40,618 nt of DNA from an uncultured Gemmatimonadota bacterium (lineage in GTDB: Bacteria; GCA-2686955): the NCBI GenBank assembly GCA_964490075.1, contig CAZBBK010000011.1, positions 62,001 to 102,618 of the forward strand, in the 5' to 3' direction. Below the pieces are notes generated by a model. It searched no databases. It was given only the letters and a program-made list of their open reading frames with translations, and was not told the origin of the DNA. Shown piece by piece: positions 1 to 7,800 of this stretch. Positions within the stretch are counted from its first letter, which is position 1. The number at the start of each line of letters is the position of its first letter. Position numbers and translations under genes: made by a program.

Positions 1-569
1 CCTGGTACTTCCTCGGCCTGCAGGAGATGCTGGTCTACTTCGACCCCTGGATGGCGGGCGTGGTGCTGCCCTCCTTGATCATCGTCGGCCTGATGGCGAT
101 CCCCTACATCGACGTCAATCCGCGCGGCAACGGCTACTACACCTGGCGCGAGCGCCCCTTCGCCATGGTCAACTTCTTCGTCGGGTTCTGGATCCTGTGG
201 ATCATGCTGATCATCGAAGGGGTGTTCTTGCGCGGACCCGGATGGAACTTCTTCCTGCCCTGGCAGGAATGGGATCCGCGCAAGGTGGTCGCCCTGACCA
301 ACGTCGACTTCCACGAGTTCTTCGGACTTCGCAATCCGGTGGTAATCGGCTTGGTGGGCGCCATCCCGATCGCCCTCTACTACGGCCTGGGAGTGCTCTA
401 CTGGCGGCTCAAGAAGGACAAGAGCCCGGCCCTGAAAGAGCTGGGGTTGCCGCGTTACGCGCTCACCGCCTTCCTCTTCCTGACCATGTGGCTCTTGCCG
501 ATCAAGATGGTCCTGCGCTACACGCTGAACCTGAAGTACCTCTGGGTCACACCCTGGTTCAACATCTAG
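1..569 (+). CDS. Cytochrome b/b6 C-terminal (subunit IV/QcrC-like) membrane subunit of a Rieske/cytochrome b complex, 5'-truncated by window edge
   Basis: Frame is open from the window start: (P)WYFLGLQEMLVYFDPWMAGVVLP...AIPYID, a PEWY-like PWYF motif followed by PYID and several hydrophobic helices; stop TAG at 567-569. Confidence 0.75.
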   Translation, partial: WYFLGLQEMLVYFDPWMAGVVLPSLIIVGLMAIPYIDVNPRGNGYYTWRERPFAMVNFFVGFWILWIMLIIEGVFLRGPGWNFFLPWQEWDPRKVVALTNVDFHEFFGLRNPVVIGLVGAIPIALYYGLGVLYWRLKKDKSPALKELGLPRYALTAFLFLTMWLLPIKMVLRYTLNLKYLWVTPWFNI

Positions 570-690
570 GCCCGCGCTCCCCCTCCGCGGCCCCCACGGC
601 CCGTCCCGCAACCCTCGGCGCGCCCCCTTCGGGCCTTGAAACGCGGCTTTTCCGGCTCCGCCCCCCCGCTCGCGCCACCGACTCGCGGCT

Positions 691-723
691 TTCGGCTCTT
701 TTGTTTGACGCGGGCGAGCCGAA
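691..723. promoter_or_regulatory. Inverted repeat straddling the -35 element (candidate operator)
   Basis: TTCGGCTC (691-698)-N17-GAGCCGAA (716-723), perfect 8-bp arms. Confidence 0.5.
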
Positions 724-733
724 TCCCTAAAAT
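705..733 (+). promoter_or_regulatory. Sigma70-type promoter for the regulator-dsrC-dsrMK operon
   Basis: TTGACG (705-710), 17-nt spacer, TAAAAT (728-733), about 60 nt upstream of ATG 795. Confidence 0.7.
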
Positions 734-794
734 ACCGGCAGGCGGTCGCCGGGCTGTGCAGCTCGGGCCATAAAACCCAGACAGCACCCACAAG

Positions 795-1664
795 ATGGCT
801 CGAAAAGAGCGAGAGTGGCTGAGCACGGGGCAAGCAGCCGAGCTTTGCTCCGTGACCTCGGACACCGTCCTGAAGTGGATCCGCAAGGGCCACATCTCGG
901 GGATCCGCACCGCCGGCGGGCATCACCGAATTGCGCGCGCCGAAATCGAGGGACTGCTGCGCTCGCGCTCGGCCGCCGCCAGCACGCCGCAGCCGCCTCC
1001 CGTCGCCGGCCCTTCCTCCCCCCTGCGTTGCTGGGAGTATCTCGGCGGCACCAACGGCGTCCGCGAGGAGTGCACGCACTGCTCGATCTATCACGTGCGC
1101 GCCGGATGGTGCTTCGCGATGGCCGGGATGGGCCTCGACATCGACCATTCCCGCCAACTCTGTGCCAGCTCCTGCCAGGACTGCGTCTACTACCGGCGGG
1201 TCATGAACCTGCCGACCCAGGTGCTGCTGGTCTCACGCGACGACCAGCTCACCCAGTCGCTCTCCGAGGCCACGGTCGAGGGCCTCAGCCTGCGCGTGGC
1301 CGCCAGCGGCTACCAAGCATCCACCACGATTCAGAGCTTTCGTCCGGCGTTCGCGATCGTCGACGAAGCGCTGATCAGGTCCGGGGAAACCGACTTGCTG
1401 CGCCACCTGGCGCGCGACCCACGGCTGTCCGGCCTGAAGATCATCCTCGCGGTTCCGAAGGGACGGACGGAACGGAAGAGGGACCAGACGAGGCCGGAGT
1501 TCCTCGTCAGCAGCATCGAGAAGCCGTTCGAGCTCCGAGAGGTCCAGGAGATCATCGAACGCTTCCCGGTCGAGTCCTTGCAGGCGCCGGACGCCGAGAC
1601 GCCGGTCGCCCTGCATCCAGGAGGCAGTGCCGATGCCGAACCTACCCTCCGAGCCTCTGAATGA
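795..1664 (+). CDS. Excisionase/MerR-like HTH regulator with central Cys-rich domain and C-terminal receiver-like domain
   Basis: N-term WLSTGQAAELCSVTSDTVLKWIRKG..RTAGGHHRI (excisionase-type HTH); middle CWEY..CTHC..WCF..CASSCQDC; C-term VLLVSRDD..AIVDE..IEKPF receiver pattern. Confidence 0.8.
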   Translation: MARKEREWLSTGQAAELCSVTSDTVLKWIRKGHISGIRTAGGHHRIARAEIEGLLRSRSAAASTPQPPPVAGPSSPLRCWEYLGGTNGVREECTHCSIYHVRAGWCFAMAGMGLDIDHSRQLCASSCQDCVYYRRVMNLPTQVLLVSRDDQLTQSLSEATVEGLSLRVAASGYQASTTIQSFRPAFAIVDEALIRSGETDLLRHLARDPRLSGLKIILAVPKGRTERKRDQTRPEFLVSSIEKPFELREVQEIIERFPVESLQAPDAETPVALHPGGSADAEPTLRASE

Positions 1665-1950
1665 GGATCTGGACGCCGAAGGTTACTTGAAGGAGATGGC
1701 GAGCTGGACCCGCGCGCGGGCCGAGGAACTCGCCGAGGCCAACGATATCGGTCCCCTGACCGACCAGCACTGGCAAGTGATCGAGTTCGTCAAGGACTAC
1801 TACCAGACCTACGGCCGGGGCCCCGCCGTGGTCAGAATCGGCAAGGAGACCGGCCTCAGGGCCACCACGATCTGCGATCTCTTTCCCTGCGGCGTCGTGA
1901 AGGGCGCCTACCGTCTCGCGGGGCTGCCGCGCCCCCCGGGATGTGTCTGA
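1627..1950 (+). CDS. TusE/DsrC/DsvC-family sulfur relay protein (terminal Cys only)
   Basis: LDAEGYL..W..LTDQHWQVIEFVKDYY..LFP..AGLPRPPGCV; GGAGG RBS just upstream of GTG 1627/ATG 1633; overlaps regulator 3' end. Confidence 0.92.
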   Translation: MPMPNLPSEPLNEDLDAEGYLKEMASWTRARAEELAEANDIGPLTDQHWQVIEFVKDYYQTYGRGPAVVRIGKETGLRATTICDLFPCGVVKGAYRLAGLPRPPGCV

Positions 1951-2010
1951 GCCGGAGACGACTGTCGCAAGCGCGGCCAACTCGCATGCAGTGAACAAAG
2001 GAACGAGTGG

Positions 2011-2730
2011 ATGGAAGCCGTACGATTTCTGGTGGGAGCGATCCTCCCCTATCTGGCGCTCTTGGTGTTTGTATTCGGAATGGTGTATCGAATCAGGACC
2101 TGGCTCAAGCTACCCGCGCCGGCGATGACGCTGACCCCCGCACCGCCCACCGAGGGGGACAACAAGAGCAACGTCTTGATGGAGACGTTTTTTTTCAGGA
2201 GCCTTTTCAAGGGCGACCGTGGCTTGTGGCTGCTGGCCTGGGTGTTCCACGTGGTGCTGGCATTGATCTTCGTCGGCCATTTGCGTGTATTCACCAACAT
2301 CGACGCCCTGTTCATGGGACTGGGCATGAGCGAACAGGCGATCCAGGGCATGTCCAGCGGGGCCGGCGGAGCGGCGGGCATCATCATTTTGATCACCCTT
2401 GGCGTGCTGATCCTGAGACACGTGGCGATTCCCCGGGTGCGCGAGATCACCGGCTTCGCGGACTACGCGGCGCTGCTGCTGATCGTCGCGATCATCATCA
2501 CCGGCAATTCGATGCGCTTCGGTGCGGAGCACTTCAACTTGGCGCTCACCCACGAGTACTTCAAGAGCCTGGCGACATTCGGCAACATCATGGGCTCTCC
2601 AGCCCTGCGAAACTCGACCTTCCTGGTGCACATGCTGCTGGCGTTGCTGTTAGTCATGTTCATGCCCTTCAGCAAGATCCTCCACTTCGGTGGGATCTTC
2701 TTCACCCACCAAATGATCCGCAAGCACTAG
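2011..2730 (+). CDS. DsrM/NarI-like di-heme cytochrome b membrane subunit
   Basis: About 5 TM helices; His pairs WVFHVVLALIFVGH and LVHMLL..PFSKILH typical of the nitrate reductase gamma/DsrM family; directly upstream of a DsrK-like gene. Confidence 0.88.
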   Translation: MEAVRFLVGAILPYLALLVFVFGMVYRIRTWLKLPAPAMTLTPAPPTEGDNKSNVLMETFFFRSLFKGDRGLWLLAWVFHVVLALIFVGHLRVFTNIDALFMGLGMSEQAIQGMSSGAGGAAGIIILITLGVLILRHVAIPRVREITGFADYAALLLIVAIIITGNSMRFGAEHFNLALTHEYFKSLATFGNIMGSPALRNSTFLVHMLLALLLVMFMPFSKILHFGGIFFTHQMIRKH

Positions 2731-2745
2731 CAGGAACGGGAGAAC

Positions 2746-4080
2746 ATGATGACGGAGAACGACGTCAAGCAAAAGGTGGTGGACTCGATCAGAGCCATCG
2801 ACAAAGGCCCGCGGGCGATGCAGATGTACATGGAGATGTGTACCAAGTGCGGCACCTGTGCATCAGTCTGTCCGGTCTACTACGGCAAGGGCGAAAAGCG
2901 TTACAACCCGGCGGAGCGTACCGACCTGATCCGGCGCGTCTATCGCAAGTACAACAGTTTCGCCGGCAGGGTCTTCGGGCGTCTCGCGGGGGCCGAGGAC
3001 TTCGATCCGGCGGTGCTGGGTGAATGGTCCAAGATCTTCTACGAGTGCACCGGCTGCCGGCGCTGCGCCGTCTTCTGCCCCTTCGGCATCGATCACTCGG
3101 TGATCACCCGCAAGGGCCGGGCGATTCTGGACCAGACCGGATACACGCCGGAGACGATGAAGAAGGTGGTCGAGATCTCGCTAGAGACCGGCAACACCGA
3201 CGGTGCCTCCAAGCAGGCCTTCATGGCCGCCGTCGACTTCCTCGAGGAGGAGATGCAGGACGAGCACGACGTCGAGATCAAGATCCCGGTCGACGTGAAG
3301 GGCGCGGAGTACTTCTACGTGCCGCCCTCCGGCGACGTGCTGGTCAATCCCGAGGCCACCATGGGCGTGGCCAAGGTGTTCCACGTGCTGGGCATGGCCG
3401 ACAAGTGGACCATGAGCTCCAAGTGCTTCGATGGGGCGAACTACGGCCTGTTCACGGGCGACGATGCGGCGATGAAATCCGACAACAAGCTGTACGTGGA
3501 CGAGGCCAAAGCACTGGGCGCCAAGGTGCTGCTGATGGGCGAATGCGGCCATGCCCATCGCATCATGAAGATGATGATGGAAAAGGCCGGTTGGTGGGGC
3601 GAGCTGCCCTTCGAGGTGACCAACTGCATGCAGTGGACGGCGGAGCACATCGAGGCCGGCCGGCTGCAGTTCGACAAGAGCAAGAACCCGCAACGAGTGA
3701 CCTATCACGATCCCTGCAACTTCGGGCGCTCCTGCGACATCACCGAGGAGCCGCGGGCGATCCTGGAGGCGGCCTGCACCGACTTCCAGGACATGGCACC
3801 CAACCGCCACGAGAATTGGTGCTGCGGCGGAGGCGGAGGCCTGTCGGCGATGGACGACATCCACGACTTCCGGATGTCGATATCGGGGACCAAGAAGATG
3901 GAGCAGGTGCGCGACACCGAGGCCCGCTACGTGGCGACCGCGTGCTCGAACTGCAAGCGCCAGCTCACCCAGCTGATGGAGCACCACGAAGAGGAGATCG
4001 AGGTCGGCGGGGTGCACGACATGCTCTCGCGGGCCATCCTGGTGAACGGAAAGGCGGCGGTGCGGCAGGACTTCACCTGA
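2746..4080 (+). CDS. DsrK/HdrD-like (Fe-S)-binding oxidoreductase with CCG domain
   Basis: Two ferredoxin motifs CTKCGTCASVCP and CTGCRRCAVFCP; ECGHA; YHDPCNFGR; CCGGGGG; ACSNC. Confidence 0.9.
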   Translation: MMTENDVKQKVVDSIRAIDKGPRAMQMYMEMCTKCGTCASVCPVYYGKGEKRYNPAERTDLIRRVYRKYNSFAGRVFGRLAGAEDFDPAVLGEWSKIFYECTGCRRCAVFCPFGIDHSVITRKGRAILDQTGYTPETMKKVVEISLETGNTDGASKQAFMAAVDFLEEEMQDEHDVEIKIPVDVKGAEYFYVPPSGDVLVNPEATMGVAKVFHVLGMADKWTMSSKCFDGANYGLFTGDDAAMKSDNKLYVDEAKALGAKVLLMGECGHAHRIMKMMMEKAGWWGELPFEVTNCMQWTAEHIEAGRLQFDKSKNPQRVTYHDPCNFGRSCDITEEPRAILEAACTDFQDMAPNRHENWCCGGGGGLSAMDDIHDFRMSISGTKKMEQVRDTEARYVATACSNCKRQLTQLMEHHEEEIEVGGVHDMLSRAILVNGKAAVRQDFT

Positions 4081-4190
4081 TCGGGCGGCGCCTGATACTC
4101 TGAAAGAGAGCCGCGGCGCGACGTCGGGCAGGTCCATGTAGGGCACGCCCCGCTTCAGGGGCGAGCCCCCACCTTTCCGGAGTCGACACC

Positions 4191-4853
4191 ATGACCGACG
4201 CGCCCGCGGAGAAAGTGGCGTTCGGGGGCCATATCTACACTCTCGACCACTATGGATTCCTCGATCCGCCAGAGCAGTGGAACGAAGCGTTCGCGGAAGG
4301 AATGGCGCGCACGCTGGGGATCGAAGGCGGGCTGAGCGCCCGCCACTGGGAGATCGTCCATTATCTGCGCCACAAGTTCCTGGACGAGAGCACCGTCCCG
4401 GTGCTGGTCGAGGCCGCCGCCGACAACCGGATGCGACTCTCCGAGCTCAAACGACTCTTCCCCACCGGCTACCATCGCGGGGCGTGCAAGATCGCCGGTA
4501 TCAACCAACGCTTCATGTTCGAGACCAACTACTGGTTGACCTACGAGACCGCGCCGCCGCCGAAGCCCCGTTTCGAGCTCGACCCGATGGGTTTCCTGAA
4601 GAGCGCCGACGCCTGGGACGAGGACTTCGCCGAGCTCGCCCTGGCACAGCTGGAGCCGCCCCTGGCCCTGACCGAGCGCCACTGGCAGGTGATCCGGTAT
4701 CTGCGCGACTTCTACGGCGAAAACCACACCATTCCGACCATCTACCAGACCTGCAGCGCGTGCGATCTCGATCTCGACGAGTTGCGCACGCTCTTTCCGG
4801 CCGGCTACCGGCGCTGCGCCTGCCGCGCCGCGGGGCTGCCCTTCCACGGTTGA
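4191..4853 (+). CDS. Tandem two-domain TusE/DsrC-family protein
   Basis: Two copies of LDxxGFL..W..HWxxxxYLR..LFPxGY..AC..AG (LFPTGYHRGACKIAGI and LFPAGYRRCACRAAGLP); GGAG RBS. Confidence 0.88.
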   Translation: MTDAPAEKVAFGGHIYTLDHYGFLDPPEQWNEAFAEGMARTLGIEGGLSARHWEIVHYLRHKFLDESTVPVLVEAAADNRMRLSELKRLFPTGYHRGACKIAGINQRFMFETNYWLTYETAPPPKPRFELDPMGFLKSADAWDEDFAELALAQLEPPLALTERHWQVIRYLRDFYGENHTIPTIYQTCSACDLDLDELRTLFPAGYRRCACRAAGLPFHG

Positions 4854-4862
4854 GGGCGGGCG

Positions 4863-7800
4863 CTACCTACCCTCGCCGTTTTCCTGGAGCACCAGCGCCC
4901 GCAGCTCTTCGAGGGTGAGCTCGGCACCGAACACCTCGGCCGCCCCCAGGGTTCGGTCGACCAGGTCGCGCTTGTTGCGTTGCAGCTCGAGGATCCTCTG
5001 CTCGATGGTGCCCGCGGCGATCAGCTTGTAGGCGATCACCTTGCCGATCCGGCCGATGCGGTGCGCGCGATCGGTGGCCTGGCTCTCGACCGCGGGGTTC
5101 CACCAGGGATCGAGATGGAAGACGTAGTCGGCGCGGGTCAGATTGAGGCCGGTGCCGCCGGCGCGCAGACTGATCAGGAAGAGCGGCGGCCCGCCGGATG
5201 ACTGGAAACGCTCGATGCGCCGCCCCCGCTCCTCGCGCGGCGTGGAGCCGTCGAGACGGACGAAGTCGATCCCCAGCTTCGCCAGCAACTCCTCGATCCG
5301 ATCCAGGTAGGAGGTGAAGCTCGAGAAGAGCACCGCGCGGTGTCCCTCTTCGACGATCTCCGGCAGCTGCTCCTCGAGCGCCAGCGACTTGGCGGTGTCG
5401 AGCAATGAGAAGGGGCGCGCGATGTCGACCAGGCCCGGATGGCAGGCGGCCTGGCGCAGGCGGGTGAGGGCGGCCAGCACGTGGGCGCCGGAGCGCGCCA
5501 GGCCGCGGCTCTCGATCTCGCTGCGCAGCCCGCTGCGCACCTGCTCGGCGATCTGCCGGTAGGCGGCCTCGTGCCCCGGCGGCAAGGGCAGACGCAGCTC
5601 GACCTCGATCTTCTCGGGCAGATCGGGCGCCACTTCGTCCTTGACGCGGCGCAGCAGGAAGGGGCGCAGGCGCCGCTGCAGGCCTTGGGTCGCGCGCTCG
5701 CCGCCGGCGGCGATCGGCTCCGCGAAACGCCGGCGGAAGGCCTCCCTGGAGCCCAGCAGTCCGGGCACCACCAGCTCGACGATGGCCCGCAGCTCGCCGA
5801 GGTGGTTCTCGATCGGAGTGCCTGTCAGGGCGAAGGTCGACTCCGCGCGGATCGCCCGGGCACAGCGCGCCGACTCGGTGTTCTCGTTCTTCAGGAACTG
5901 GGCCTCGTCGACGATGAAGGTCCGCCAGTCGATCTCGGCCAGCCGCTCGCCGTAGAGACGCAGGCCGGCGAAGCTGCAGACCACCAGATCGACCTGTGCG
6001 GCGCGGGCGCGCTCCAGCACCTGCTCCTGGGTACGGCCGCTCAAGAGCTCGAGGCGCAGATCCGGCGTCATGGCGGCCGCCTGGTCGCGCCAGCCCAGCA
6101 CCACCGAAGCCGGCGCCGCGATCAGACAAGGAGCGGGGCCGAGCCGGGTGTTCTGGTCGAGCAGCAGGGCCAACGCCTGCACGGTCTTGCCCAGGCCCAT
6201 GTCGTCGGCCAGCACACCGCCCAGACGATGCTCGGCCAGGAAGGACATCCAGGCGACGCCTTGCGCCTGATAGGGGCGCAGCCGGGTCCGCAGACCGGGA
6301 TGGGGCGCGTCCGTGATCGACTGAGCGGTCCCGGACAGGCCCTGCGCCAGGTCGGCGAGGCGCTGGTCGTAGCCGATGTGGACGCCGTGTGAGTGGGCGG
6401 CCGGAGGAAGCAGGCCGAGGCGGCTGCGCGGGGCCCGAAAGCGCCGCGGCCGGCTCTCCTGTGCCGGAAGCGGCACCAGGTCGAGCTCGTCCAGCACGTC
6501 GAGCAAGGGATCGAGCCGCGGGTCGCCGGCATCGAGCTGTCCGGACCCTTCCGCCGGCAGGTAGCGCAGACCCTCTTGCCGCGCCGCCCGCAGGCGCTCG
6601 AAGTCGAGCGCCCGGCCGTCGGCCGACGCCTGTACCTCGATCTCCACCAGCTGGTCGTCCGCGCCCTCGCGCACCGCGACCTCGAGCTCGATCGCGGTGC
6701 CGAGCAGACGCCAGCGATCGATTTCACCGTGCTCCTCGATGCTCCAGCCCGCGCCCAGCTCGTCGCCCAGCGAGCGGTTGACCAGATCGACGGCCCGGTC
6801 GCCGCGGACCCGGCACTGCCCTTTGCGGTCGAGCGCCAGGCCGGCATCGACCAGGGCCTGCAAGCAAAGCTGCTCCGCCGCGCCGTCGCGCGGAACCCAC
6901 AGATTCTCCCCCGGCGATCGGCCGACCACCCAGCCAACATGGGAGCGGCGGCTCAGCGGCTCCTCCCAGCCCTCGTTCGGGCTGCCGTTGCGCTCGGCGC
7001 GGGGCGCCGCCTCGATCCCTCCGTAGTCGAGCGTGAGCGCCACCAGGATCTCCGCGGCGCCGGCCTCGAGTCGCACGATCGGCCGCGGCCGCCGCGCCGG
7101 CGCCAGGCGCTGCCCGCTCGGTCCGTGGACCACCAGCGCGCGCGGCAGCTCATCGCCACCGAAGAGCAGCCGGCCCGCTTCGTCGTCGCTCAAGCGTGCG
7201 CCGTCGCGAAGGGTGATCGCCAGCCGCGCGGCGGCAGGATCGAGCGGGTGGATGGTGCGACCGATCAGTGCCCAGGCTGGGATCCCGCCCACCGGGCGCC
7301 CGGCCGGGGGCGCCTCCCCCGCGCCCACCGCGGCCGTGGCATGGAAGCAGCGCTCCCGCTCCACCAGCTCGATCTCTACCCGCGCCGAGTCGGCCGACCA
7401 GAGCAGCCGCTGGTCGCTGCGATCGACCATCCGGGCGGTGCCGGCCATGGCGGCCAGACAGCCGCCGGCCGCCCGGGAGGCCACCCGAATCCGGCCGTCG
7501 TCGCAGATCTCCCCCATCGCCACCAGCGACGCCAGAGCCTGCAGATCGATCGCTTCCAGGTCGCCGCTCTCGCCCTCCGAGAACAGACCCGAATCGAGCT
7601 CGGCGGCATCGGCCAGCCCGGCGCGCAGACGCTCCACGCAGTGCCGCGCTTCCAGCGTCTCACCCGACTCGGCGCGCAGCTCGACCCGCAGTGCGCCGTC
7701 GGCGGCGAGGTCGATTCGGTAGGTCGGCCCCACGGTGGCGGCGCCGATTCGAACGTTGCGCCCGGGGAAGGACTCGCCGCTGCTCGGGCGCGGCTCCTGG

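Noticed and set aside
795-960. Excisionase as evidence for a prophage or integrative element
   Set aside because: The HTH is fused to sensor and receiver domains; no integrase, att site or phage genes in the window
4146-4163. Hairpin CGCCCC-gcttca-GGGGCG between dsrK-like and tandem dsrC genes
   Set aside because: Only a 6-bp stem with no U-tract; expected by chance at this GC content
1627-4853. Calling the organism a dissimilatory sulfate reducer or sulfur oxidiser
   Set aside because: No dsrAB, aprAB or sat in the window and no canonical two-Cys DsrC; DsrMK-like and TusE-like genes alone are not diagnostic
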